Source: Caecitellus pseudoparvulus
Lineage: Eukaryota; Protista; Bigyra: Bicosoecida
Length of the DNA stretch: 64,000 nt
Assembly: GCA_965644315.1 (NCBI GenBank)
Contig: CBFFRQ010000014.1
Coordinates: forward strand, 1-64,000
Direction: 5' to 3'
Shown here piece after piece: positions 22,901 to 34,469 of the stretch (position 1 is the first letter of the stretch; every line of letters begins with the position of its first letter). The translations under genes and the position numbers were made by a program. The notes beneath the pieces are model-generated. The model ran no database searches. It was not told the DNA's origin and saw nothing but the letters and a program-made list of their open reading frames with translations.

Positions 22901-25336
22901 TCACAGCCGAAGCAGGCGCCGCACCTGGCTCTGCTGCATCTGGGCCTGCACGTCTGGGGCTGGGACGATGTCTTGTACTTCTGCACTGCGCCCATTCTTG
23001 TTCAGGTGTTCTTCAAGGGCCTCCCGCTCATACACAGGCCCGCTGCCGCCTTCCGCCTTCAACCGCACTGGCACCTCCAAGTGCAACCCAGTCAACGCAC
23101 ATGTAAAGCCTGCCTGAGGCGGCTCCTCGGGTGCGCTGTGCCCAGAGGCCAGCCCTGGCAACTTCGCCTTCTGCAAGGGGCTGCTAGACGGCGCATGGCG
23201 TGTGCGGCGCAGAGCCCGAGACAAGGGGCGCACGTGGTGCGGGGCACGGGCCAGCCCTATAGCTCGCGGGGCTGCTGCAGCTGCTGCAGGCACCGACTGG
23301 CGCACCGGGGCGCCTTGGGCGGCAGGGGATGAAAGAACAGGTGTCAACGGAGCGGGCTGTGGCACTGATAGCGGGGGCTGCCCCGCGCGCTCGTCGTCCG
23401 CCTCCGCTTCCTCTGCGAATTCCGGCACGAGCCGGACTGCGGACAGGCCTGCAGCCGGCGCGCCTCCTGAGAAGCGCTGCAGGACGGATGTGGCTGTCAA
23501 CGCAGCCACCTTCCCTCCTGATGGGCTGGGGAAGGCGTCTGGGTCATCACTGGGCGGTGCTGCGTCGGCAGCTGTCTCAGAGTCTTGCCCGCTGCCGAGC
23601 AAGCTCGTGGGAACCTCAACCGGCGGCTGCAGCGCACTGGCGCCAGCCCCGATCGTCGGAGCATGTTCTGATATTTCAAAGGAGAATTTCATGTGCTCAA
23701 AGGTGGTGTTACCCCCCATGGCCACAGGCTCTGCCGCTGACGCGCTGAGCAGGCGGTGCGAGAACACCTTGCGCTGCTCGGGTGACAGCGCTGTCAACGC
23801 CCCACGCACAGCCTGCACGGTGCTGGAAACCTGCTGGCCGTCACTGGCACCCAGCGCATCGCAGTTCACGAGGAGCTTCACTGCCAGTGCGAGGGACAGC
23901 GGGTGCCCTTGTACAGCAGCATTGGCGGAAAACGCCGTGGGGACGCCGGACCGGATCGCGCACTCCCGTGCGGGGCCAGAGCGGAACGTGCACCACACCG
24001 CCAGGGCTGCCGCTTGGCGCAGGGCCATCAAGCCTTCTTCCAGCACTTCCTGTGCCAGCACAGCTTCCTCGGCGCCGCCGTCTTTGTGAGAAACCGACCA
24101 ATCAAGCCAGGCTAGCAGAAGCTGCAGATACGGCACAATGACTTTCGGGAAGAAAGCTGAATCGCCCACGAGGTGCGACCTGAACTTGTGTGTGTGACTG
24201 GCGGTGACGCTGAGGATGTTGTTGCAGAGGGTCACAGCACACAGCGTGCTGAGGTGCGCAGGCTCCGCCCAATCTTCCGCGCCCGCCGAGAATGCGCCGA
24301 AGCGCTGCAGGCTGTCCAGGGCCTGGTGCAGCCACACCCCACTCAGCCCAGCCACACGCACAAGGACACGAGTGCGCAAGATAGACGCCACCAAAGCCGA
24401 CATGCCCTTCGCATACCCAGCTGCGAGGGTTTCGAGAGAAGCATCACTGCCAGGTGGCAGCAGCGCTTCGGGGGATGTGAAATCACACAGCACGATGATG
24501 GCTGCCGTCTGGGCATCACCGCCCACTCGGACGTCGTCAGACCACACCGTGCCTGCCTTCAACGCAGCAGCTGCGCCGGCCGAGTGACTCGGCGAAACGC
24601 TGCCGGGATCCTGCAGCACAGCTGCCGTGATGTCCACTGCGCGGGCAATGCTCTGCCCTGTCAAGCTGAGGAGATCTCGACCCTGTGCAGGGCAAGGCAG
24701 TCGTGAACACTCGCCAGCTGCATGCGGGGCTGAGGACGCAGCAACTGCCGGAAAGCGGCAGTCATGCACTGCCACGCACATGCACGCCGGTGTCCGTGCT
24801 GAGATGGTTCAGCAGAGTGAACATGGCCACGTGTAGCGGGGCAGCTGCCGTTGCATCCAGGGTTGAGATGCTCTTGAAAAAAGCCTCAAACCTGCGTGGC
24901 AGTGGCAGTGCGGGACACCTGCGCAACGCCAGAGGCAGCGCCAGAGGCAGCGCCAGCCACACACCCCTCGTTGACCCGCCCCAGAGCATGGGTGATGACT
25001 GGCCGGTTCGCCTCATGCTTGGCAGCTAGAGAGGCCAAGATGGACAGCCCGATCTGTGCAAGGCGCGGCACAGGCGACGCAGGGCGTGTGCGTGTGTTGG
25101 CAGGTGGCCGCGACGTTGCCAGGCGCACACACCGCTCGGTGCTCCAGCTCGTGCTCCAGCCCTGCAGTCTCCAACAGCGCATGCATGGCGACATCTACTA
25201 CTTTGCTGGCAATGCCCAGGTCTTTCTCAGGGAGCGGCACGTCATCTGTCCGTGCTGCGCGGAGCAGGCGCCGCAGCACCTTCAGACTCTCCACACCTCC
25301 CTGGCAAGCTGCCACCGCATCATCCAAGGAAGACAT
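22901..25336 (-). CDS. U-box domain protein (putative E3 ubiquitin ligase) with helical N-terminal region
   Basis: C-terminal FTCALTGLHLEVPVRL...GPVYEREALEEHL...P..DVQAQM is U-box-like. The 5' exons start MSSLDDAVAACQ at 25336 with several short introns; internal boundaries are approximate. Confidence 0.7.
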
Positions 25337-25636
25337 CCCGTGCGAAGCTTGAAGTTAAGCTACTTTATACTGGGGTTCTATGGCGTGCTACCGCGCCTAA
25401 ACCCCAGTGCACTTCCCCTGCACCACTTGGGAGCTGCGCGGCGTGGTGCAGCAATTTCCGCAGCAACCTGTGTCAGCCTCGGAAGCCGACGGGACTGCCA
25501 ACCTGGCGCCAAGAACGTGCCGTCACAATCTGCACAACTACTTCATTAGCCCACTATGCCTCGCATTCGATTGTGCCCGGCCTCGTCCCCCGCTGCGTGC
25601 CCCCCTGCCGCTTGCTTCCTCACCTGTGTGTCAACC

Positions 25637-27046
25637 ATGCTTTCATCAGCCGCTGCCGCTCTGCGCACCGCTGCCGCCTCTGCCCGCTCTGTGAGTGCAG
25701 GTTGGGGTTGCTATACACGCATCAGCGCTGTGCGACTCCCCCACGCACTGCTTTCCCCGCGCAGATGAGCACTGCAGCAGGCAAGGTGAGCGTGCATTCC
25801 GCACGATCCGAAACCCCGCACAACGCAATACGCCTGCACTGCCCCCCGCCCCTCTGCGCTGTGAACCCCACTGCAGGACGTCGTCATTGTCGCTGCCAAG
25901 CGCACGCCCATCGGTGCATTCGGCGGTGCCCTGTCTAGCTTGACTGCGCCGCAGCTGGGCAGCCACGTCATCAAGGCTGCAGTGGACGCGTCTGGCCTGT
26001 CCAGCGGCGACGTGGATGAGGTGTTCATGGGCAACGTCGTGTCGGCGGGCATCGGGCAGGCACCCACTCGGCAGGCTGCTCTGGGCGCAGGCCTGCCCAA
26101 CACCGTGCCCTGCACCACTGTGAACAAGGTCTGTGCCAGTGGCATGAAGGCGCTGATGTTCGCCTCAGCCTCCATCGCGACGGGGCACCAGGACGTCATT
26201 GTGGCAGGCGGCATGGAGAGCATGTCCAACGTGCCGTATTACGTCCCCAAGGCTCGCACCGGGTACCGTTACGGGCACGGCGCCCTGGAGGACGGCCTGT
26301 TGAAGGATGGCCTGTGGGACGTGTACAACGACCAGCACATGGGCATGTGTGGTGAGAAGTGTGCGAAGGATCACTCCTTCGACAGGGCTTCTCAGGACGC
26401 GTACACCAAGGCTTCGTACACCCGCGCCATCGAGGCAGCCAAGGCCGGCAAGTTCGCTGACGAAATCGCACCCATGGAGGTGAAGGGGCGCAAGGGTGTG
26501 ACGGTAGTGGACGCGGACGAGGAGTACGGCCGGGTGGACTTCGACAAAATCGAATCCCTGCGCCCTGCATTCATCAAGGACGGCACCATCACCGCCGCAA
26601 ATGCGTCACCCCTCAGTGACGGTGCGTCCGCCCTCGTGCTTATGAGCGCAGAGGCGGCCAAGGCAAAGGGTCTCACGCCACTCGCACGAGTGCGCGGGTA
26701 CGGCGACGCTGCCGGGGAGCCCCAAGACTTCACCACTGCCCCTGCGCTGGCCATGCCCGTTGCCCTGCGCCACGCTGGTCTGCAGGTCAGCGACGTGGAT
26801 TTCTTCGAGTGCAACGAGGCGTTCGCGGTCGTTTCCCAGTACAACATGCAGAAGCTGGGCATCGCTCACGATGCCATGAACGTGAACGGCGGTGCTGTGT
26901 CCATGGGGCACCCCATCGGCTCCTCTGGCTCCCGCATCGTCGTGACGCTCCTGAATGTGCTGAAGCAGCGGGATGCCACCATTGGCGGCGCCATGATCTG
27001 CAACGGCGGCGGCGGCGCCTCTGCCTTTGTCGTGGAGCGCTTGTAA
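25637..27046 (+). CDS. ACAT: Acetyl-CoA C-acetyltransferase (thiolase II) with mitochondrial presequence
   Basis: DVVIVAAKRTPIG, TVNKVCASGMKA, ECNEAFA, GHPIGSSGSRI, ICNGGGGASA. Introns 25691-25764 and 25786-25876. R/A/S-rich, acid-free N-terminus MLSSAAAALRTAAASARS. Confidence 0.96.
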
Positions 27047-27088
27047 ATGCAGCTCGTCCCATGCACCGCAGGCGGCGGCGCAAGTGGG

Positions 27089-30000
27089 CTAGTTGTGCCC
27101 CTCCTCCGCCATGGGCAGGACTCGCGCGCTGCCCCGTAGTGCCCAGGTCGGCGGAGGTGCCGGGCACTCGTTTGCTTCGTTCCGCTGCGGACCCGGTGCG
27201 GGCTGCCGGCATAATAGCAGGGCTTTTCGACGCTGCCAATTGAGTTCACTGTGCATCGCCTCCACGATGTGCCTCGTGCCAGCCATTGCCGCACACTCAA
27301 TGGGCGACAAGGCGGCCTGGCTCCCGCCCTCAAGCTGCGCCGCAGCTCGCTTGGTGGGGTCCAGGCCTGCCTTCACCAGCACCACCGCGACTTCAGCCAA
27401 GGCACGCTCAAGGACAGACGAAACCTCTGGCCAGGACTGCATCGAGGCACTTTGAGTTGCTTCAAGTGGAAGCCGTGGGGCGCTGGTGTGCAATGACGCC
27501 AGGTGCATCAGGCGCCCGCGGGTGGGCCGCCCGGTCACCTCTCCTGCCCTGCGCCGCACGCAGCACACTGCGTGCAAAACTGACACACACCCTTGCCCGT
27601 GGACGAAGCACTGTTCATGCAGCCAAGCCCCTGCCTTGAGAAGCGCTGCCACTGTCCTCGGCCGCCCGGCTGTGGCAGCCAAGCACAGAGGCGAGCAGTT
27701 GAAGTCGTCAAGCGCGAGGGGCTTGTTCAGTCCCATGAGCGCCAGCGGTGAGGGGGCAGCCCGTGCTATTCTTGGCAGCATGTTTCGAAGCAGTTTCAGG
27801 TACTTGCTTCCCGGAACTGGGAGGGTGCCGGCTGCTGCGGCGCGGTGCAGCACTTCGACACACTTGGCAAGATCGGCATCTGAAGCTGGCGAGCCCCGCA
27901 TGCCCACGACGTGCAACGCTCCCCAGCCCCGCACACAGTCTGAAGGCTGAAAAGCACTGTGCGCAAGGAGGCACTGGAGGACGAGGTGCCTCCCTGCCCA
28001 CACTGCCATCAGTGCAGGGGTGAAGCCCTGAGAGTCTTTCCGCTTGGCATCGCTTCCACAACGCAGCAACGCCTCCACCACCTCACAGTACCCTGCTTGT
28101 GGCGTGGAGGCAGCAGTGGCATCACAGCAAGCTTGAGTGCAAGCATAGTGAAGCGGAGTGGACAGGCCTCGTGAGGGGATGTCGACGTCTGCACCAGCTC
28201 GAAGCAGCTCCTGGACTGCAGCCCAATTGCCGTAGCTGGCAGCGTTCATCAGCGGGGAAATGCCCGAAGATTTCGTGCGAGCGTCCACTTTGGCCCCGGC
28301 TTCTATGAGAAGGTGTATCACACGCTGAACGGCTGCAGGTTTGCCTGGCTCTGTGTCAGGCAGTGGCACACCTGCAGCTGCGTGCAGCGGCGTCGTGCCG
28401 TTGCGATCACAGCAGTTCGGATCTGCCCCCAGCGCCAGCAGGCATGCGACGAGCTCTGTACGCGATGACTGAGCAGCCCACATCAGCGGCGGTGTTCCAA
28501 AGTCGTTCCTGGCGTTCACTTGCGCCTGCATGGACACAGCAGCACCGCCCAGTGAAGGAGCACTGCCTGCTCGAACGAGTTCACGCACAACGCTACACAA
28601 GGCAGCTTCAGATGGCGCAATGACAGTGAACGCGCCGTCCATGCAGGCGGTATGGTACCTTGCAGCTTCGTGGGCGCTGTAGCTGACAACGTTGTGAATG
28701 GCCCCTGACCCTCGGCCGTTGGTGGCCAGCGGGTCCGCTCCTGCAGCTAGCAGGGCGCGGACGACGGCAGGTCTGCCACACCACGCTGCAGAAAGCAAGG
28801 GGGTATTGAACTGGTCCGAGGTGCGCGCATCCACGTGCGCCCCGGCGCTGACGAGTGCGGGCACACAGGCCGCCAAGGCTTCGTCAGGCGCCGATGCAGA
28901 CGGCGCGCCCACATGGTGTAGGGGCGTCCAGGCGTTGGCTTTCGCGCAGTTCACCCGGGCCCCGTGCTGCAAGAGGAGGGCCACTGACCTGCACGCCCCA
29001 CGCTTCACTGCAAGGATCAAGGGCGACGTGTCGGCGTCCGCGCTCCACGCGTTCGGGTCGGCGCCAGCCCGCAGGAGCAGTTCCACGCACGCGTCCACGG
29101 CGTCGACGTCGCCAGGGTGCCATGGCCCTTGCAGGGCCGAGCACAGTGGAGTGAGGTCGCTTTCTGCTTGTTTCGCGCTGGCGCCAGCGCCCAGGCTCAG
29201 CAGGAGCTCCACTGCAGCAGGGGAGCGAGCTTCGCATGCGAGCTGCAAGGGCAACTTCCCCCCAGAACCAGCAGTCGACACCCTGGCGCCACGTGACACA
29301 AGCAGGCGCACCAGGCGCAAGCTTGAAACTAAGTCACTTGAATCTGAACTGCTTGTCGGCTGCTCCTCTGTCCCACTGCCCTTAGGCGGGCCAGGTTCAA
29401 ATCGGCGAAGCGCCAGGGCCCGGGCCAGTCCTCGCAGGGCGCAGTGAAGAGGCTGGTCGCCCTGCCCGTCGAAAAGGCGTGCAGACGCATTCTGTGAGAG
29501 CAGCGCGCGTGCAAAGGCAGGGTCGTGTTTCGCAGCCACGTGCAGCGCCGTCTGGCCGAACTGCCCGCGAGTGTCCAGCAGCGCTTGCCTGCCACTTTGC
29601 CCCAGCGCGGGAGCAGCCAACAGCGCCTGGAGCACCCTCTCTTTCTGCGCAGCCCTATGGCTGGCCGCAAGCTCGAGCAAGATGGGTGATTTTTCTGCCC
29701 CCGCTCGCGCGCAACGTGGGTCTTGGCCTGCCTGCAGAGCTGCCTCGACACAACGCAGGCACCCGTCGATCACTGCACATGCAAGTTCAACCAGCTCACC
29801 GGCCACTCTGCCCTGACAGGAGCAAGGAGGGAGCTCGCATCTTTGAATCACATCCTCAGCTGCATTGGACCTTTCCGCCTGCCCCTTCCTGTGGGTCTGT
29901 GCAGCGCGAGAGGGAGTCGTCGCCAGCGACGGCTCGACCGACCCAGAGCTCGGGGTTTGTCTGCACTGCTTTGCTTCAGGCAAGATCAAAGCCGCACTGC

Positions 30001-30121
30001 CCTGTGCACCGTCATGCTCGCGCCCTTGAATCGCTTTGCAGGCGGCTTTGATCTCATAGGGGGCCGCGTCGCCCCCAGGAGGGGACGGAGACCACATCGT
30101 GCCTGCAGCGCAGCAGTCCAT
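27089..30121 (-). CDS. Ankyrin-repeat protein (more than 12 repeats)
   Basis: 1032-aa ORF with repeated TALHVAA, QPLHCAL, SPLILAV, TPLLSAA, TPLHAAA, SPLMNAA ... LL.AGAD motifs. Start uncertain. Confidence 0.9.
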   Translation of the reverse strand: MDCCAAGTMWSPSPPGGDAAPYEIKAACKAIQGREHDGAQGSAALILPEAKQCRQTPSSGSVEPSLATTPSRAAQTHRKGQAERSNAAEDVIQRCELPPCSCQGRVAGELVELACAVIDGCLRCVEAALQAGQDPRCARAGAEKSPILLELAASHRAAQKERVLQALLAAPALGQSGRQALLDTRGQFGQTALHVAAKHDPAFARALLSQNASARLFDGQGDQPLHCALRGLARALALRRFEPGPPKGSGTEEQPTSSSDSSDLVSSLRLVRLLVSRGARVSTAGSGGKLPLQLACEARSPAAVELLLSLGAGASAKQAESDLTPLCSALQGPWHPGDVDAVDACVELLLRAGADPNAWSADADTSPLILAVKRGACRSVALLLQHGARVNCAKANAWTPLHHVGAPSASAPDEALAACVPALVSAGAHVDARTSDQFNTPLLSAAWCGRPAVVRALLAAGADPLATNGRGSGAIHNVVSYSAHEAARYHTACMDGAFTVIAPSEAALCSVVRELVRAGSAPSLGGAAVSMQAQVNARNDFGTPPLMWAAQSSRTELVACLLALGADPNCCDRNGTTPLHAAAGVPLPDTEPGKPAAVQRVIHLLIEAGAKVDARTKSSGISPLMNAASYGNWAAVQELLRAGADVDIPSRGLSTPLHYACTQACCDATAASTPQAGYCEVVEALLRCGSDAKRKDSQGFTPALMAVWAGRHLVLQCLLAHSAFQPSDCVRGWGALHVVGMRGSPASDADLAKCVEVLHRAAAAGTLPVPGSKYLKLLRNMLPRIARAAPSPLALMGLNKPLALDDFNCSPLCLAATAGRPRTVAALLKAGAWLHEQCFVHGQGCVSVLHAVCCVRRRAGEVTGRPTRGRLMHLASLHTSAPRLPLEATQSASMQSWPEVSSVLERALAEVAVVLVKAGLDPTKRAAAQLEGGSQAALSPIECAAMAGTRHIVEAMHSELNWQRRKALLLCRQPAPGPQRNEANECPAPPPTWALRGSARVLPMAEEGHN

Positions 30122-30738
30122 CTTGCAGTGCCTGAGAGTGAAGGACACTGGAACGGGGCGTGAGCAGAGGAAGAGGGCTTTGTGCAAGTCAAGGTGGTAC
30201 GTGTGTGCTGCGCGAAGTGCTCACAAGGGGGCCATGCCCAAGGTGTGGCGCTGTGCAGTGGAAGCGGACGGGGGCTCGCACGCGTCTTCAACACCCCTCC
30301 TCCTCCTCCCTCACAGCAGGACAAAGTCGGCCCCGAACTGGGCCCACGTCGCGCAGCCCTGCCCAAGCCACCCGCGCCACCATCCCTCCACTCCATGCGC
30401 CAGCAAAGCACTGGTGGTGACAGGGGTAGCAGCATTTCTTGGGCAGCTACCGTCTCAGCGCTTGCCAGGAAAGGCCCTCTTCCATGTGTTGCAGCCTGGG
30501 GGCAACACGAGGTGTCGGGTAAAAAACCCGCAGCAGGTCGTGCCCGGTTGGAAGACGGTGTGTGCGGGTAGAACTATTGTGCGAGGTCAACCCTTGGTGC
30601 ACATACTTTGTGAGCAACGCCTTGGGTGTGGACTGCGGGGCGTTCACGGTGTGCTGCTGTGTCCAGGTCGCTGTGTGACAAGCGACTGACGGACGGGCCC
30701 TGACCGTCGACTCGGGAAAGGAACCGGGGGGGGGAACC

Positions 30739-32883
30739 ATGTCTGGTCTATCATGTCTCCCAGCCTCCTTCCTGCTGACTTCCCTGGAGCAGCGCTCTCG
30801 CGCTGTGGACTTTATGCTCGACCTGGGCAACGGGATGTGAGTGCGGGACAATTACCGCACCGCTCCGCCGTCGTGCGCAACCCTATCAGCAGCCCGAGCC
30901 TTTTGGCACTGCCGCAATACGAACACGATTATTCCCTGCAGGTTCGTGCTGGTGCGCCCGGGCTCCCTGGGCGCAGCTGTGAATTTTTCTGTGACTGCCG
31001 AAGAAGTGGTGCACGACGCTGACCAGTGCCAGGAGGTGTGGCACTTGCTGCCCAACAAGGGCACCAAGCGGCCGCCCATGCTGTTCACACACAACTCCAT
31101 CCGGACAGGCTCTTACATCCACATCATGGGCATGCTGCGTCCCCTCGTCCACACTCGCTCTGGCATTCGCCTGTTGGTGCTTGACCCTGTGCCCGCCGAA
31201 TCCGCGCCGCGCACCAGCTGCTGCACCCTGGCGCCTGGCTGCAAGGGGCTCTCCATGCCCATGGGCCTGGCGCCCGGCTACTCCACCTTCTCCGCCGACG
31301 ACCTCATTGATGCCGGCATTCTCGGGGAAGATGCCACCTTCCCCGACTCCAGTGACAAACCACCGCCGCCCCTGCCCGCCCCCAGCCTACCACTGGGCGC
31401 CCTGGTGCCGCCCCAAATGGTGCAGGACGGCGTGAACGCCTCCAACCCCCTGGGCTCTGCCAGCTGGTCGCTGGCTGGGCGACACACTGACACCCTCATC
31501 CCCACGCCACCCCCTTCACACGGCCCTGGCGGGGCTGGGAGGGGGAGTGTCACCGACGGCCCCGCCATCGGCACACTCCCGGACGGCTCCGTGGCGGCAG
31601 GGTTCGCCTTTGATGAGAGTGGGGGTACGCCGAGGAGCGACAGGGGGCAGTCTGGCGCCACGCAGGACCCCCCTCCCGAAGCTGCTGGCACGCCCCAGCC
31701 CGACCGTCAACTGAGCAGTGACAGCCACTCCAGGTCAGCCACACTGCCTGGGCGGGGCCCTGACTCCCAACGGGGCCGTCGAGCGTCGCTGGCGGCGGGC
31801 TTGACATCCGGCGTCAGGCCACCGGCAGCTGAGGAGACCAAGGTGGGCCCACGCCCCAGCACGCCGCCCTCCCCACGCAGGGGTATGGGGCGGGGTGTGG
31901 GGGGGGCTCGAGGGGGCAAGAATCGCACAGGGGATGCGTCGCCACCCCTGTCCTTGGGCGGCACAGCCGCTTCCGACGGCCAGGGGGTGGTGTCCGTGCC
32001 GTCGCCTCTGCGACACCTCAGCGATATGCCGACTGGGGCCGGGAGCGGCGGTGGAACGGTGCAAGACGCCGATGCCCTGCCCACGCCCACCTTCTCAGCC
32101 ACCGCCTCCACAGTCACGCCGGACACGGTGCTCATTCAGCGCATCGTCGCCCCACACGTGCTCAACGCCGCTGCCCTTGGCGTGTCGGCCATGTTCGACG
32201 AGGAGATGCCGGCGCTGGGGTCAAGCGTGCGACCAGAGGACGCGGGGCTCGACGGGCCCCCGCCCCTGTCCAACAGCCACACCATCCACTCCAGTCGCGG
32301 GGACACGGACCACGACTCCATCCTCGTGCAGTCTCAGCTGCAGTGGCCTGTGTGTGCCGGCATCGGCGCCGGCACCCTCGCCCTCGCACTCATCTTCATC
32401 CTCGCCGCTGGCATCCCTGCGCCAGGCAGCTACGGCGTGGCGGGGGCCGTGGTCGTCATCGGCTTCGCAGTTGGCTGGTGGACGGAGTGGAACACGGAGG
32501 CGGCCCAGCCACGCTTCCTGCGCTCCGTCATGCCCGGCATCCTCACCAACGCCACCTTCCAGCGAGCCCTACGCCAGGCGGACTCTGGCCCTGCCGCGCG
32601 CCAGGCTGCGCTGAACAAGGGCCGCCTGACCCTGCTCAGTGGCTATGCGTTGCCTGTGCGCCCGGCCACGGAGAGTCACATCCTCGTGCTGCCGTCGCTG
32701 TTTGCGCCTGGGCGCCCCACCACCCTGCTTGCGGACCGTACATCGGCCAAGCGAGTGGAGGCGGAGAACCCGTGGTGCCTGTCACACCGCGGGCCCTGCT
32801 TGTGTGCCTGCAGCTTCGTGCTGCATGCAGCGACGTGGGCCTGCATCTGCATGTGTGCTGCTTGCGCAGTGGGTGCGACCTGA
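30739..32883 (+). CDS. Hypothetical membrane protein (two TM helices, Cys-rich hydrophobic C-terminus)
   Basis: First exon from ATG 30739 spliced (GTGAGT at about 30837 to CAG at about 30941) into the 680-aa ORF. TM segments VCAGIGAGTLALALIFILAAGI and YGVAGAVVVIGFAVGWW. Confidence 0.6.
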
Positions 32884-33327
32884 GCAGCGCGTTTCGACTG
32901 GAGCGAACATTGCATTGAATGCAGTGCCCTCTGTCCATGGGCTTGAACTTGGTGTATGGCAGGGGCAGAGCGGGCAGTCCTGGCTAGGGACGTTACAAGT
33001 TTCGGACATGGTAGGGCCGCACCCGGCCGCAGGGAATTCTCCTTGGCCCTGACGAACAGTCGTTCGAAACACCTGCACAGGAACCACTTTATCAAAATCA
33101 CACCTATCATCTCACCCACCTCACGTTTCTCGCCATCTGACATCTCTCTTCCCCCCCCTACGACCTCCGTTGCAGCGTGCGTGGCCCGCCAAGCACGTGC
33201 TTGCTGCGTCGCTGTGCCAACTTCCGCAACGGCAGGCAGCATGCGCTGGAAACTCAGGAAGCACTTGCCCAGCCCTGATACCACCCGCAGGCACTTCATT
33301 GAACTAGGATTTCGGAATCCGAGCACC

Positions 33328-34149
33328 ATGGCCGCCTCTGCAAAGTCCCCTATCGTCGTGCGTATGCGTGCGGGTTCGCCAAGGAATTCTGGACGCACCA
33401 CGCCAACCGCCCGAAAGCCGCAGTTCGTGAACAACCGCGTGTGCCCTTTCGGACACCGCGCCTGGCTGTCCCTGGAGTTCCACAAGCAAGCAGGCGGCCT
33501 GGACTACACGTTCAAGAGCACCAGCCTGTCTGACAAGCCGCAGTGGTTCACAGACATCTACCGCAAGGCGCTGGGCGCTGACGTGACTTCCACAGGCAAG
33601 GTGCCGGTCATCCAGGACGGCGACGTCATCCTCACAGAGTCGGCCGTCATCGCCAGGTATGTCGACGACAAGTTCGCCCCTGCGTCGGGTGTCTCCCTGG
33701 CGGCCGCCTCAGCCCTGGACAAGGCCAAGGTGACGCTGTTTGTGGACAGTGTGGCAGGCCCCCTCATCAAGGCCTTCTACACCCTGCTGAAGGCCCAAGA
33801 CCCCGCCGACCACGGCAAGCTGGCCGAGGACTTCACTGGCGCCCTGCGTGCCATCGGGAGCAAGCTTCTGGCGAACGATGCTGACGGCGCGGGCGGCCCG
33901 TTCTTCTTGGGCAGCCAGTTGGGCTTCGCAGAGACGCTTGTGTGGCCCTGGATTCGCCGTGTGAACGCCCTGACTGTGCATCGGGGCTACAACATCCCTG
34001 CCGCGGGGGAGGACGCAGCTCTCGCTCGTTTCCACACCTGGAAGGAGGCCATTGAGGCACACCCTGCTGTGCAGGGCACCTTTGAGGAGGGCGATGAGGA
34101 CTTCTACGCTGAAGTGTACACTGTGTACGCAAACCCCAAGAAGGAGTAA
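33328..34149 (+). CDS. Glutathione S-transferase, omega/lambda-like (catalytic Cys, CPF motif)
   Basis: CPFGHRAW, KPQWF, TGKVPVI, ILTESAVIARYVD, GPFFLG. In-frame intron 33358-33423. Confidence 0.9.
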   Translation: MAASAKSPIVVRMRAGSPRNSGRTTPTARKPQFVNNRVCPFGHRAWLSLEFHKQAGGLDYTFKSTSLSDKPQWFTDIYRKALGADVTSTGKVPVIQDGDVILTESAVIARYVDDKFAPASGVSLAAASALDKAKVTLFVDSVAGPLIKAFYTLLKAQDPADHGKLAEDFTGALRAIGSKLLANDADGAGGPFFLGSQLGFAETLVWPWIRRVNALTVHRGYNIPAAGEDAALARFHTWKEAIEAHPAVQGTFEEGDEDFYAEVYTVYANPKKE

Positions 34150-34469
34150 TACAGCGCATGATTTGTGCTAATTTCTGCATGCTTGTCGACACTGGGTGCA
34201 TTGAGTCCGCTGTGAGGCCTGTGGGGCAGGTGAGAGAGCGGCAGATGGCTGCCGACCCCAAAACGCACACCAGCCGAGGAAGGAGCACCACGGGTACAAG
34301 GGCCGGAGGCGCTCTTCATGTATGTGTATAGGTCGTGTGGCTGTGCTTATTCACGCCGGTGGGTCAACGTGGCCGTGCGCCGGCCAAGGGTTGACTTGGC
34401 GGTCGCCGCGAAGACGTTGAGCGTTTCTGCGGCACCTGCCGCTTCTCGCGGTCTGTGAGCGAGGTGGCC

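Noticed and set aside
24925-24956. Short tandem repeat (CGCCAGAGGCAG) x2.5 within the U-box gene
   Set aside because: An ordinary slippage repeat, probably intronic, with no wider structure.
32956-33327. 124-aa N-terminal extension of the GST ORF in the ORF track
   Set aside because: Non-conserved upstream read-through. The ATG at 33328 gives a normal-length GST.
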